A stretch of DNA of 64,000 nt, taken from an uncultured Gammaproteobacteria bacterium. Its GTDB lineage: Bacteria; Patescibacteriota; Microgenomatia; Levybacterales; GWA1-39-11. The notes under the pieces are model-generated. The model made no database searches. It saw only the letters and a list, made by a program, of their open reading frames with translations, and was not told the DNA's origin. Location: positions 81,847 through 145,846 of the forward strand of contig CAYRUR010000002.1 in NCBI GenBank assembly GCA_964427615.1, written 5' to 3'. A program made the position numbers and the translations under genes. This document shows, piece by piece, positions 40,029 to 50,822 of the stretch (its first letter is position 1; each line of letters opens with the position of its first letter).

Positions 40029-40724
40029 TTAGAATGCATATCTTCCCTTCTCTTTTTTCTGTTCTTCTTTTCTCTTTTTCAACAGCTTTTCTACTTCTTC
40101 ATCTGTAGTCTGTGGAAAATGAGCATACCATAGCCCCACGGCATTAAATTCAACCGGACATACTAAACAAATAAACTCATCTACCTCATGTTCAAAGAAT
40201 CGTGCAGAATCCTCAGCACATACCGGCACGGCAAACACAATTTTGCCAACCTTCAATTTTTTTAAAGCCTTGACTGCCGCTCGCGCCGTAACTCCTGTTG
40301 CTAATCCATCATCAACCAAAATAACTGTTTTGTTTTTTAGGTAGGATAAGTCTTTACCACCGCGATATCGTTGTACTCTCCTTGCTAATTCTTTTTTCTC
40401 TTTCTCAAAAATAGGTTGAATTTCTCTTCTATCAATACTCAGACCTTCAATTGTTTCGATATCAAACAACGTCACATCTTCTTCAGATATTGCACCAATA
40501 CCAAATTCTTCATGTCTGGGTGCACCAATTTTGCGCGCAATAATGACATCAAGAGGAAGATACAAAGTATGAGCCACTTGATATCCTACTGGAACGCCAC
40601 CACGCGGTAGAGCAATAACAACTGCCTCCGAATCCTTGTACTGCATAAGAGATTGTGCCAGATATGCACCTGCATCAGTACGATCATAAAATGGTATCTC
40701 TACTTCATATCTGCTTTTATTCAT
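40029..40724 (-). CDS. Phosphoribosyltransferase family protein
   Basis: FYDRTDAG, ALPRGGVPV, ILVDDGLATG, FPQTTDEEV. Confidence 0.9.
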   Translation of the reverse strand: MNKSRYEVEIPFYDRTDAGAYLAQSLMQYKDSEAVVIALPRGGVPVGYQVAHTLYLPLDVIIARKIGAPRHEEFGIGAISEEDVTLFDIETIEGLSIDRREIQPIFEKEKKELARRVQRYRGGKDLSYLKNKTVILVDDGLATGVTARAAVKALKKLKVGKIVFAVPVCAEDSARFFEHEVDEFICLVCPVEFNAVGLWYAHFPQTTDEEVEKLLKKRKEEQKKEKGRYAF

Positions 40725-41908
40725 GATGATATCTGCAACCCTCTACTGTGTAACCGCAGCCACAATAAAATATCCTTTCTTGTTAAAAACCCTAATAATT
40801 TTCTCCCCTCCACCACCGGAACTTGTCCAACATCTTTTCTCACAATTTTATACACTGCATCTGCAACTGCCTCTTTTGGAGACACCACATCAAGGTCTTT
40901 AAATGGAGTCATAACATCCTTTACCCTTTTTTTCTCCCAATCCTGCCTTTCTACTTTCTGTAAATCCTCCTGACACACCAGTCCTTTCAACTCGCCATTT
41001 TCAATAACAGGAAATACATGCTTATCAGTACCAATCATATAATCATCTACCAATCTACTTAATGAAAGGTCTGCTGGAACAACATGCATGTTCTCCCGCA
41101 TTAACGAAGCCACTTTAACATCTTCCAGTGCTTCTTGTAAAACTACCTGCTGCATACTTTGTTGTGCTGCACTATTCAAAAACCACCCAATAAAAGCAAG
41201 CCACAACCCACCTATAAGTCCAGAACCTAACACAGGAATAGATATGCCAAATGCCATAGCAACTCCGGTAAAAATAAAAGTCCAAGCAACTATTTGTCCA
41301 ATAGTTGAAGCAATAGCAGTCGCTCTATGTAAGCTACCCGTTATAGCCCAAATAGTAGAACGTAAAATTCTACCTCCATCCAGAGGAAAGCCAGGTACCA
41401 AATTAAAAAAACCAAGCAAGATATTAACTGGACCCAACCATAGAAAAAGTGTGGCTATCGAATTAAGCGCTAAAACATTTTGAGGTAGTCCTAAAGCTAT
41501 AAACGAAACCCCAGATGCAAGACTAGCCAAAAATAAGAAAAAAACTCCCAAAACAATACTGGTAATAGGCCCCACAATCGCCATTAAAAACTCTGTTGCA
41601 GGAGATGGTGGTTCTCTTTCAATGTTGGATACACCACCAAATAAAAAGAGAGTTATCCTACTCACCTGTAAGCCCCTAGCTTTTGCCACAAGTGAATGAG
41701 CCAACTCATGAGCTAAGACTGATGAAAAGAAAAGAAATGAAGCAATAAGTGCAATCCCCCAGGTAAGAAAGAATCCCCATTCAGGATGAAATGTTGGAAA
41801 AACTCCCAATGCTAAATTAAAAGTAACAAGCAAAAAAATTAATATCCAACTGGAATCAATCGTAATATCGATACCAAAAATAGTGGCAACATGAAAGCTG
41901 TCGCGCAT
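40721..41908 (-). CDS. Site-2 protease (M50) with tandem CBS domains
   Basis: HELAH, FNLVPGFPLDGGR, two CBS domains. Confidence 0.93.
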   Translation of the reverse strand: MRDSFHVATIFGIDITIDSSWILIFLLVTFNLALGVFPTFHPEWGFFLTWGIALIASFLFFSSVLAHELAHSLVAKARGLQVSRITLFLFGGVSNIEREPPSPATEFLMAIVGPITSIVLGVFFLFLASLASGVSFIALGLPQNVLALNSIATLFLWLGPVNILLGFFNLVPGFPLDGGRILRSTIWAITGSLHRATAIASTIGQIVAWTFIFTGVAMAFGISIPVLGSGLIGGLWLAFIGWFLNSAAQQSMQQVVLQEALEDVKVASLMRENMHVVPADLSLSRLVDDYMIGTDKHVFPVIENGELKGLVCQEDLQKVERQDWEKKRVKDVMTPFKDLDVVSPKEAVADAVYKIVRKDVGQVPVVEGRKLLGFLTRKDILLWLRLHSRGLQISS

Positions 41909-42074
41909 ATGGGATAAGCTTATCTAGAAATGATGAAAGAGATTTAAGAGATAGGTAAGGATTGGATAATGAATAGTGTCTATGATTTTGTTATTTGTTG
42001 ATTATTAACGAGTTGAAAATGAGTAGGTAGTATGCAGGAAATCTAAGATAGCAAAACGTAAAGCTGCAATTTAG

Positions 42075-42175
42075 ATCTAAAAACTTTTTACTTTTAAATT
42101 GTACTTTTGCCTTTTGAATTTTGAGTTTTGACTTTTCATTAACCCGTTAATAACTAATAATTAAATACCTAAACG
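42075..42175. repeat. Degenerate 7-mer tandem patch
   Basis: cttttgc/cttttga/attttga/gttttga/cttttca. Confidence 0.6.
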
Positions 42176-42290
42176 TTCTCCGCCAATCCCTCTACATTAC
42201 CAATCCTTACCTTATTATTACGTTTTTTTCTTTTAGTTTTAACTTCAATAGTGAAAAGTATAAGGAGACATATAACAAAAAAATACGTAC

Positions 42291-43004
42291 ATGATAGATT
42301 TTAAAAAACAGGTCTTGCTTGTTGTAGCTCCACATCCAGATGATGAAGTACTGGGGTGCGCTGGGCTGATGAAAAAAGTAAAAAATAACGGAGGAAAAGT
42401 ATATGTGTTATTTTTAACAAACGGCACTACTCATGAATTTTCAAAAAATGGTGTTACTACCCAACAAGAACGAGAAAAAGAAATAAATGCAGTATCTACC
42501 TTATTACAGATAGATGGATGGAAAATTGCGTTTCCCGGAGATAAGTATCATTTATCTCTTGATACTGTTCCTCAAAAAGAGATTATCCATCAAATTGAGA
42601 AGGGATCTACCATTTCTCTTGAAACAATACAACCCACTATGATTGCAACCACCTACAAATCAGACTACAATCAAGACCATAGAGCGTGTTTTGAAGCAGT
42701 TATCGCTGCTACCAGACCTGCTCCACCTGCTAGCAAACCGTTCCAACCTATTGTTTTTGCTTATGAATTTACCGCTAACCTCACCTGGAGCCTTAGCTCT
42801 TCTCTTACACCGAATATGCTCGTGTCTCTTACAGATGAAGAATTAGAAACAAAAATACAAGCTATGCAGCTATATGAGTCCCAAGTAAGGGACAAAAATC
42901 ATACCCGATCACTGGAACATATCAAAAATCTCGCACGTCTTAGAGGAGCAGGCGCAGGAGTACCATACGCAGAGGCATTCCAAACATTACGAATAGTACT
43001 ATGA
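42291..43004 (+). CDS. PIG-L family deacetylase
   Basis: VAPHPDDEVLG, DYNQDH, YESQ, AEAF. Confidence 0.92.
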   Translation: MIDFKKQVLLVVAPHPDDEVLGCAGLMKKVKNNGGKVYVLFLTNGTTHEFSKNGVTTQQEREKEINAVSTLLQIDGWKIAFPGDKYHLSLDTVPQKEIIHQIEKGSTISLETIQPTMIATTYKSDYNQDHRACFEAVIAATRPAPPASKPFQPIVFAYEFTANLTWSLSSSLTPNMLVSLTDEELETKIQAMQLYESQVRDKNHTRSLEHIKNLARLRGAGAGVPYAEAFQTLRIVL

Positions 43005-43651
43005 CTATAGCAGGACATCAACCAAACTTCATGCCAAACCTTGCCTTTTTTTACAAAATGGCACATGCGGATTTGTTTGTTATTACAACCAATATCCGAC
43101 TAGAAAAGAGAGAAGGATGGCAACAAAGAAACAAAATACGCACACAACAAAAAGAACTTTGGATCACCACTCCTATTTATGGCTCCCAATCACAACAAAT
43201 AAAAGACGTACAGATAGATAATCAAAGAGACTGGAGAAAAAGACAAGCAAGAACACTGCAGCTTACTTACTCAAAGGGAAAAGGAAATGCTTATCTTCCT
43301 CAACTCCTTTCATTATATGAAAAAAATTGGACACGATTAGTAGACTTCAATGTAGCTATTATTCACATGTTAGCCAGTATTTTAGATATTAAAACCCCCT
43401 TGTCAATTGACGAAGAAACAACCGGTGTAAAACACGAGATTTACATCCGTATTTGCCAAAAATACAAAGGTGACACTTTTCTCTCAGGTCTTGGCTCAAA
43501 GAACTACCTTACCCCTGAAAGGCTGCAAGATTTAGAAAAGCATAACATTACCAACACGTTTGTCAAAAAAGATCTTTCTGCTTACCCTTATTCTACTGTT
43601 CACTATTTATTATCAGAAGGGAAAGATTGGGTAAAACATGCATTACAGTAA
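43001..43651 (+). CDS. WbqC family protein
   Basis: HQPNFMPNLAFFYK, WQQRNKI, WITTP, FLSG. Confidence 0.85.
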   Translation: MTIAGHQPNFMPNLAFFYKMAHADLFVITTNIRLEKREGWQQRNKIRTQQKELWITTPIYGSQSQQIKDVQIDNQRDWRKRQARTLQLTYSKGKGNAYLPQLLSLYEKNWTRLVDFNVAIIHMLASILDIKTPLSIDEETTGVKHEIYIRICQKYKGDTFLSGLGSKNYLTPERLQDLEKHNITNTFVKKDLSAYPYSTVHYLLSEGKDWVKHALQ

Positions 43652-44780
43652 AAGGTCACTTATTACCATACTGTTACTTGTCCTTTTTATTCTTGCTGGA
43701 ATAGCTATACTCATTTTGCTATTTGAAATAATAAAAACACGAGATACAGAAGATAAGAAAGCACCACCTCCCCCAAAAACTCAAAAAGAAGATTTTTCAG
43801 TTACTGCTTGGATTCCTTATTGGGATCAAGAAAACGCAATAAAAAGTGCGACAGAAAATATTACCAAACTAGATGCTATTGGAGTATTTTGGTATAAATT
43901 AACTCCTGAAGGAACAGTAACAGTATATGAAAAAGCAATTGAGGATCAACGATTTATAGAATTTGCTCATGAAAATGATGTAAAAGTCTACGCCCTCGTT
44001 GCAAACCTACCAGAAGAAGGAGAAGAGACAACAGGTTGGGACCCGGAACGAGTCGAAAATGTTATAAGTAATGAAGACCAAAGAGAAAAACATATCAATG
44101 ACTTAGTGAATCTGGTAATATATAAAAATTTTGATGGACTAGCTCTGGACTACGAAAATCTAAGGCCAGAACAAAAAGACAATTTTAGTCTTTTTATCCA
44201 AGAACTGGCTCAGGCGCTACACCAACAACAAAAATCTTTAGAAATAGCCATTCATCCAAAAACATCTGAAAATCCTAATACAGAATTCTCTGGTGCACTC
44301 GCCCAAGACTACCAAAAGATTGCTCAATATGCAGATCACCTGCATTTTATGATGTATACTCAACATGGTAGAGAATCAAAGCCTGGACCTTCCAGCACCC
44401 CCGAGAGAACCGAAGCAGCACTTAATTACGCAATTGAAAAACTACATATTCCCAAAGAAAAAATTATTATGGGAATTGGCCTTTTTGGCTTAGAATGGCA
44501 AGTTGAAGGGAATGGATTTACAGGAGTTGAAGATGACCTCACCTATAATCAGGTAGAAAATTTCATAGAGCAGAATAAAACAGACATGTATAGAGATGAG
44601 AATTCACAAAGTGTAGAAATAACTTTTAGAGAAAGTAATACCTTTCATGTAATTTGGATAAATGACGCAAAAAGCATAAAAAGAAGAATACAGATAGCAA
44701 AAAATTATGATGTAGGAGGTGTTTCTCTCTGGAGACTTGGTGGTGAAGATCCAGAGATATGGAATTTTATTACAAAGTAG
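43638..44780 (+). CDS. Membrane-anchored GH18 glycoside hydrolase
   Basis: FDGLALDYE, FMMY, KIIMGIGLFG, GVSLWRLGGED. Confidence 0.9.
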   Translation: MHYSKRSLITILLLVLFILAGIAILILLFEIIKTRDTEDKKAPPPPKTQKEDFSVTAWIPYWDQENAIKSATENITKLDAIGVFWYKLTPEGTVTVYEKAIEDQRFIEFAHENDVKVYALVANLPEEGEETTGWDPERVENVISNEDQREKHINDLVNLVIYKNFDGLALDYENLRPEQKDNFSLFIQELAQALHQQQKSLEIAIHPKTSENPNTEFSGALAQDYQKIAQYADHLHFMMYTQHGRESKPGPSSTPERTEAALNYAIEKLHIPKEKIIMGIGLFGLEWQVEGNGFTGVEDDLTYNQVENFIEQNKTDMYRDENSQSVEITFRESNTFHVIWINDAKSIKRRIQIAKNYDVGGVSLWRLGGEDPEIWNFITK

Positions 44781-44846
44781 TTACGCTCTTTTTACAAAAA
44801 CATAATGATTATAGCCATACAATAAATAGTAAATAAAGAAATAAAA

Positions 44847-45675
44847 ATGACAGACAGACAGACAGATTGATCCAGAAGTATTACGCACCCATGCAGAACA
44901 GACAGTTACCCAGCTGAGGGAAGTTGCGGAACACCACGAAAGAACGTATCCAGCAAACATAGATGTAGTTTGGGTTTTCAGTGGTCCTGGCACGTACTAT
45001 AATCCCATACTTGAAGAAAAAGATCCGGAATTTGCCAGATGGATGGATAGAGACAGAATACGCTTAGGTATAGCTTTAGTACGTGAGATAACAGCAAGTA
45101 AAATAAGACAAGCAAACACTACAGTAAAAGCACATGATTTACAAACAGCAGATTTAGAGAATTACAGTCCTATTTTTTACTACAATGGCATACCAGCAGA
45201 AAATGCTGCTTTCAGACGTGCCTTGCAAGACACAAATCAAAAGTGGCCAAAAACAAAACTGGATACCAGTAAAATACTTATAGCAGATACTTTTCTAGAA
45301 CCCGACGGAACACCTCAGTTAATACGCCACACTCTAGATCAAGTAGTCAACTTTTTTCAGGAAGTAGAAAAGGCTGATAAGGATCCTTCACACCCACTTC
45401 ATGGAAGACACACTGTGGCTCTCGTTTCCAATATTGAGCACTTCGTTCGTATCCCTCACTACCTCAATCTCTATAATAAAAAACGTGAAGAAGAAGGAAA
45501 AGAGCCTCTGCAGTTCTGGGCATATGGGCTCAGAACACGAGAGGTCGAGGCATACCAACAAGGTACGTATTTAGGAAAATTACCTGATGTATATCAAAAA
45601 AGTGAAATTGATAGACTCATAACCTATGCAGAACAAGGACATTTGGATATAGAACCTGCTTATTTCAGAACTTAA
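44847..45675 (+). pseudogene. Hypothetical protein frameshifted at a 5' (ACAG)4 tract; possible phase-OFF state
   Basis: ATG 44847 hits TGA after 7 codons; removing one ACAG fuses it to the open frame 44851-45675. Confidence 0.7.
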
Positions 45676-46888
45676 TACTTCTCCTTGGGCTTACCCAACT
45701 ACCGGTAGATCTCTCGGAAAATACAAGAGGAAGAGTAAAAAGAAATAACAGAGAGTCGATATACCGTAAAAAGAAAAATCCTACTCCATACAAAAGCATC
45801 AGAGGTTTTTTCTCTAAGATAGTTGCAAAAATGGTTAACAGATAATCCATTAAAAATAATCCTACAAATAGCTCTGCAAGTGAAATATTTGGTTGTATTG
45901 CTATGACATGAAATTGATTTAGTAACAAAAGTGAGAGAACCAGAGGAGAAGCCAATACTACCAAAGCATATAAAAGCATTTCTATCAAAAACCCTCCTAA
46001 AAAAAGCCAGAACATGCTGGGCCATACACCATTACGAAAAATGGTTTGCCAAAACCCCAAATTCCATCGCTTTACCTGCTTAATATAATCCTTCAAATAA
46101 TAAGGATCCTGACTATACCCTTTCACTGCTGGAATATAAGCAACATTTCCCAATTTTTTCTTTCTTACCTCAAAGGTCATGTTGAAATCTTCAATAACCA
46201 AGTTTGGTGCATCAATAGAAAGTTTTTTTAATACTTTTGTTTTGTACACAGATAACCCCCCTGGAATAATATACGTGACATTGGTATACTTCCACGTCAT
46301 CCCATATCGCATACCTAATTGCAAAATTCTCCATAATCGCACACGATAGGCAATAAAAAAATTTTCCCAAAATCCATAATTCTTTATTTCAGTAACTTGA
46401 TGAGGAGCAACCGCAGCTGTATCTTTTTGTGAGAGAAGTGGTAAGGCGTATTTCATGTAATCTGGATGAATCATTACATCTGCATCGTGAATAAGAATTG
46501 CCTTATATTTCTCATATAAGTTATAACGCTTCATGGTATATACCAACGCCTTTGCTTTTCCTCCATTTGGTTTCTGTGTTATTACATTCACCCGCATATT
46601 GCGTGCTACCGTTGCTGTTTTATCAGTAGAAGAATCATTTACCAAATAAATATTTTTTTTAGGGAGTACTTTTGCTAACGCCTCTATTGTTTTTCTAATA
46701 CTCGTCTCCTCATTATGAGCGGGAATAATGGCAGCAACTTCATTTATTGTAATTGTTTTTGGCTTTCTTCCTTTTCTTTTTGGATGTCTTTTAGGGATTT
46801 TTTCAAACACAAACCGTACCCACCCGATTGCTAACCAGAGGCTAAAATTCACTCCCATTAATGTCATGAAGGATATTAACCATACCAT
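45665..46888 (-). CDS. GT2 membrane glycosyltransferase (PgaC/cellulose-synthase-like)
   Basis: IPAHNEE, VNDSSTD, GKAKAL, DAD, IEDF, QVKRW. Confidence 0.9.
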   Translation of the reverse strand: MVWLISFMTLMGVNFSLWLAIGWVRFVFEKIPKRHPKRKGRKPKTITINEVAAIIPAHNEETSIRKTIEALAKVLPKKNIYLVNDSSTDKTATVARNMRVNVITQKPNGGKAKALVYTMKRYNLYEKYKAILIHDADVMIHPDYMKYALPLLSQKDTAAVAPHQVTEIKNYGFWENFFIAYRVRLWRILQLGMRYGMTWKYTNVTYIIPGGLSVYKTKVLKKLSIDAPNLVIEDFNMTFEVRKKKLGNVAYIPAVKGYSQDPYYLKDYIKQVKRWNLGFWQTIFRNGVWPSMFWLFLGGFLIEMLLYALVVLASPLVLSLLLLNQFHVIAIQPNISLAELFVGLFLMDYLLTIFATILEKKPLMLLYGVGFFFLRYIDSLLFLFTLPLVFSERSTGSWVSPRRSIKF

Positions 46889-47817
46889 ACCATCGTTTTT
46901 TTAATCCCGTCTTCCAAATCATACTGCATGTCCCATCCCAAACTACGGATTTTAGATAAATCAGGTACTCTTCTATTGTGATCATGTGCCGGACGTCCCA
47001 CAAAAGAAATACCATTTTTCATGTTTGTAAAATGAAGAAAAGATTCTGCCAAAGCAAGAATCGTCATTTCTCTATCACTTCCCAAGTTATATACCTCTCC
47101 CTTTTCCCCTTTCTCACTCACTACAAGCAGCCCCTCCACAAGGTCATCAACAAAACAAAATGTTCTTGTCTGACTTCCATCGCCTTGTACTGGTAAAGGT
47201 TTTCCCTCTTTGATATTTTTTAGAAATGAGGACATGATCCGAGTATCTAACAGATTCATACCAGGACCAAAGGTATTAAAAATCCTTACAATTTTTACAT
47301 CTACTCCAAATTTATAGCTATATACAAAACAAAGACTTTCTCCAATTCTTTTTCCTTCCTCATAAGGACTTCTTTCACCCAAAGGACTTACATTTCCGGT
47401 ATATTCTTCTCGTTGCGGAAATTGTTCTGGCTGTCCATATACTTCTGAAGAGCTTGCATACACAACCACAGCTTTTGTCTTTTGAGCAAGTTGTAATATA
47501 TTACGGGTGCCAATACTTGAAGTAAGAATCATTTCTTCAGCAAGTGGAATGAGGTTTGAGACACCAGTAGGACAGGCTAGATGAAAAATAAAATCAATCT
47601 GCCCTATCTTTTTCTCCATTTCAGGAGAGAATGGATTAGTTATATCCCATTTAAAAAAAGAAAATCGTGGGTATACGGATAAGTGGGTGAGATTTTCTCC
47701 AGTAGAAGTAATAAAGTTATCAACAGCTATCACTGTATGCCCTGCATCCAAAAGTCTTTTGCAAAGATTCATTCCCAAAAATCCTGCCCCACCAGTAACC
47801 AATATTCTTTTTTTCAT
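46876..47817 (-). CDS. UDP-glucuronate decarboxylase-like NAD-dependent epimerase/dehydratase
   Basis: VTGGAGFLG, HLACP, SSSEVYG, YEEGKR, RIFNTFGP, QTRTFCFVDD. Confidence 0.9.
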   Translation of the reverse strand: MKKRILVTGGAGFLGMNLCKRLLDAGHTVIAVDNFITSTGENLTHLSVYPRFSFFKWDITNPFSPEMEKKIGQIDFIFHLACPTGVSNLIPLAEEMILTSSIGTRNILQLAQKTKAVVVYASSSEVYGQPEQFPQREEYTGNVSPLGERSPYEEGKRIGESLCFVYSYKFGVDVKIVRIFNTFGPGMNLLDTRIMSSFLKNIKEGKPLPVQGDGSQTRTFCFVDDLVEGLLVVSEKGEKGEVYNLGSDREMTILALAESFLHFTNMKNGISFVGRPAHDHNRRVPDLSKIRSLGWDMQYDLEDGIKKTMVWYG

Positions 47818-47838
47818 TATATACTCCTTTGCACACTC

Positions 47839-49146
47839 TCAAATATGAAATCTGCCAAATAAAAGCTTAGAATTACCGTTTGGACGAGGCGGCATGGTAT
47901 GCAATTCAAATACCAGTGGATTCTTTTCTTTACGTAATAACCCTCTTGTATCAAGAATAGGAACGCCATACTGCAATAAATCTTTATAGGGAATAACTTT
48001 ATGATCAGTAACAATAATCAAAAGGTCTGTATTTTTAACATTTTCTTCTTTCAAAGCACTATTTTGTAATCCTTCAAATTCCGCAACATAGGGATCATGA
48101 TAGGATACTTCTACTCCATATTGCTGAAGCTTATGAGTAATCACTGTTGCTACTGATTCTCTCGTGTCTGCCACATCTGGCTTGTAAGTTACTCCCAACA
48201 ACATCACTCGTTTTTTGCCCCCATGTCCATTTGTTTGGGCAAGTATTTGCATTGTTCTGTCAACCACTTTAAGTGGCTGTCCTTCATTAACATACCCTGC
48301 CAACTCTACCATGGACAGTGAAAGGCCATGTTGTTTTGCATCCTCTACTAAATAAAAAGGATCTACAGGGATACAATGTCCTCCCACTCCTGGTCCCGGA
48401 TAATGAGGCATAAAAGCAAAAGGCTTTGTACCTGCTGCCTCTATCACTTCCCAAATATCTATCCCTACACTTCTTGAATAGTCAGCTATTTGATTCATAA
48501 GACTGATATTCACGAGTCTAAATGTGTTTTCTAAGAGTTTTGACATCTCCGCTGTCTCTAAAGTAGAGACAACAAATACTTCTTTTACCATTGTCTTATA
48601 AAACTGTTCTGCAATTGCTATTGAGTACTCTCCGTACCCTCCCACAACTTTAGGAATATCACGAAATGAGTAGATTGTATTTCCAGGATCAATTCTCTCT
48701 GGAGAATAAGAAAGAAAGAAATCAATATCTGGCACAAGCCCTGACTTTTCAAGAATAGGCAAGGCAACCATACGGGTAGTACCAGGAGCAATAGAGCTCT
48801 CCACGGTTATCAGCTGTCCTGGTCTTAAATAAGTAGCAACTGTTTCAAATGCTTGTTTAAATGGTTGAAGGTCGGGGATTTTTAGTGCATCTACTGGAGT
48901 GGGTACACTCACACATACAACATCACAAGAAGAAAGCTTTGAAAAATCGACAGTTGCAGAAAAGCGGGGAATATGCATACTCTTAACCCTTTCAACAGCT
49001 TGGGAAGCCGTATCAAAACCAAGCACCTCATATCCTGCTTCGCTTGCACCTTGCCCTAAGGTCTTGCCTACATACCCTACACCCACTATACCTACTCGGG
49101 CCTTTTTGTTAATAATCTTGCCATATAACTCCCCCTTTTTTTCCAT
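47839..49146 (-). CDS. UDP-GlcNAc/UDP-sugar 6-dehydrogenase
   Basis: GVGYVG, VPTP, SPERIDPG, GPGVGGHCIPVDP, YKPDVADTRES. Confidence 0.92.
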   Translation of the reverse strand: MEKKGELYGKIINKKARVGIVGVGYVGKTLGQGASEAGYEVLGFDTASQAVERVKSMHIPRFSATVDFSKLSSCDVVCVSVPTPVDALKIPDLQPFKQAFETVATYLRPGQLITVESSIAPGTTRMVALPILEKSGLVPDIDFFLSYSPERIDPGNTIYSFRDIPKVVGGYGEYSIAIAEQFYKTMVKEVFVVSTLETAEMSKLLENTFRLVNISLMNQIADYSRSVGIDIWEVIEAAGTKPFAFMPHYPGPGVGGHCIPVDPFYLVEDAKQHGLSLSMVELAGYVNEGQPLKVVDRTMQILAQTNGHGGKKRVMLLGVTYKPDVADTRESVATVITHKLQQYGVEVSYHDPYVAEFEGLQNSALKEENVKNTDLLIIVTDHKVIPYKDLLQYGVPILDTRGLLRKEKNPLVFELHTMPPRPNGNSKLLFGRFHI

Positions 49147-49260
49147 CAACTAACGCCTTTCCCCGTCTCCTCTTGGTAATGTAATGATTAGAAGACATTT
49201 TTCACTATAGAGGTAGAAGTTAAAAATAAAATCAAAAGTAAATAATGATTGTGTAAGAAG

Positions 49261-50058
49261 TTACTTCTTATTAACAATAAGGGAAAGAAGAAAAAGAAAA
49301 AGAGCTATCAAAACAATAGATCCTCCTGCTGCCAAATCAAAGTAAAAGGACATAACTACACCACTTATCACAGAAAAAATAGAAATAATCTCAGCAATTA
49401 CAATGGTGTGCAAGAAATCTTTTTTAAATTGTAAAGCAGTAATAACCGGAATAACGACCAGTGCGGAGATGAGCAAAACACCAAGAATAGGAATAGCCAG
49501 AGCGACCGTAAGTGCTGCTAGAATAATAAAGAGAATATTAATAAAGGTTACCGGAATTCCACCAACACGTGCTGATTGTTCGTCAAAAGATACATATACC
49601 AACTCTTTAAAAAACGCCACTACCAACCCGATTATGACAATTCCTAAAATTGCAATACGCACGACATCTGTTTCTCTCACCGCTAAAATGCTACCGAACA
49701 AAAAATTAAAAAGATTTGTATTAAATCCATTGGCAAAGCCTATCAAAACAACTGCCACCGCAAGGCTTCCTGATAGAAAAATAGATAGTGCTGATTCTCC
49801 ATATACTCGTTTGGAAATACGCAATCGTTCAATAGCCACTGATGAAAAAACAGCGGCAATCATCGCAGTAAGCACTGGACTTACACCCAGTAAAAGCCCT
49901 ATAGCTACACCTGCCAATGACACATGAGAAAGAGTGTCAGCAATCAGCGAATAACGACGCAATACCAGAAAAATACCGATAAGAGGAGCAATTACTCCTA
50001 TCACGAGTCCTGCTTGAAGTCCTCTAATAATAAAATCGTATGCAAAAATATCAATCAT
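49261..50058 (-). CDS. znuB: Zn ABC transporter permease
   Basis: LVLRRYSLIADTLSHVSLAG, FLFGSIL. Confidence 0.9.
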   Translation of the reverse strand: MIDIFAYDFIIRGLQAGLVIGVIAPLIGIFLVLRRYSLIADTLSHVSLAGVAIGLLLGVSPVLTAMIAAVFSSVAIERLRISKRVYGESALSIFLSGSLAVAVVLIGFANGFNTNLFNFLFGSILAVRETDVVRIAILGIVIIGLVVAFFKELVYVSFDEQSARVGGIPVTFINILFIILAALTVALAIPILGVLLISALVVIPVITALQFKKDFLHTIVIAEIISIFSVISGVVMSFYFDLAAGGSIVLIALFLFLLSLIVNKK

Positions 50059-50822
50059 AATATATGTGGACCCGCTACATATTTAATATCTCTTCCATAC
50101 AACTTTTCCAGATAATTCCCTTTTACAAATGTTTCAGTCGCACCATGATACACTAATGTTTGGTTAATACAGGCAATTTCCGTAACCTCATTTGCGACAA
50201 CTCCTATATCATGAGAAACCAAGACTAATGTGAGGTTTAACTTTTGATTCAATTTTCTCAATAAAGTATAAAAGTCTATTTGATTTTTCACATCTACTCC
50301 TGCTGTGGGCTCATCCAGAAAAATAATTTCCGGTTCTCCTGCTAAAGCACGTGCAATGAAAACTCTCTGCTGCTGACCACCGGACAAATCACCTATTCTT
50401 CTCTTAGCAAATTCCTGCATTTCCACTTGTTCCAAAGACCGGTCTATAATTTTTCTATCTTCTTGCGTCAACCAATGAAACAAACCTTTTTTGGCATACC
50501 GTCCCATGGCAACCACTTCTTCAACAGTAATAGGAAATCGGGAATCAAAATTGTGAAATTTTTGAGGAATATAGCCTAATTTTGATTTATCTTTAAATCG
50601 ATTAATAGGTTGTCCAAAGAGTTTTATCTCTCCTTCCTTTATAGGTAAAAGACCTAGTATGAGTCTTAACAAGGTTGACTTTCCTCCTCCGTTGGGGCCG
50701 ATAATTCCTAAGTAATCTCCTCTATGAATTGCAAAAGAGATATCTTTTAACACCAACTCTTTGGCATAAGAAAAAGAGATATGAGAAATTTCTATGATAT
50801 TTTCTGAATGATCTAGTTGCAT
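50055..50822 (-). CDS. znuC: Zn ABC transporter ATPase
   Basis: GPNGGGKST, LSGGQQQR, LDEPT, VSHD. Confidence 0.92.
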   Translation of the reverse strand: MQLDHSENIIEISHISFSYAKELVLKDISFAIHRGDYLGIIGPNGGGKSTLLRLILGLLPIKEGEIKLFGQPINRFKDKSKLGYIPQKFHNFDSRFPITVEEVVAMGRYAKKGLFHWLTQEDRKIIDRSLEQVEMQEFAKRRIGDLSGGQQQRVFIARALAGEPEIIFLDEPTAGVDVKNQIDFYTLLRKLNQKLNLTLVLVSHDIGVVANEVTEIACINQTLVYHGATETFVKGNYLEKLYGRDIKYVAGPHIL

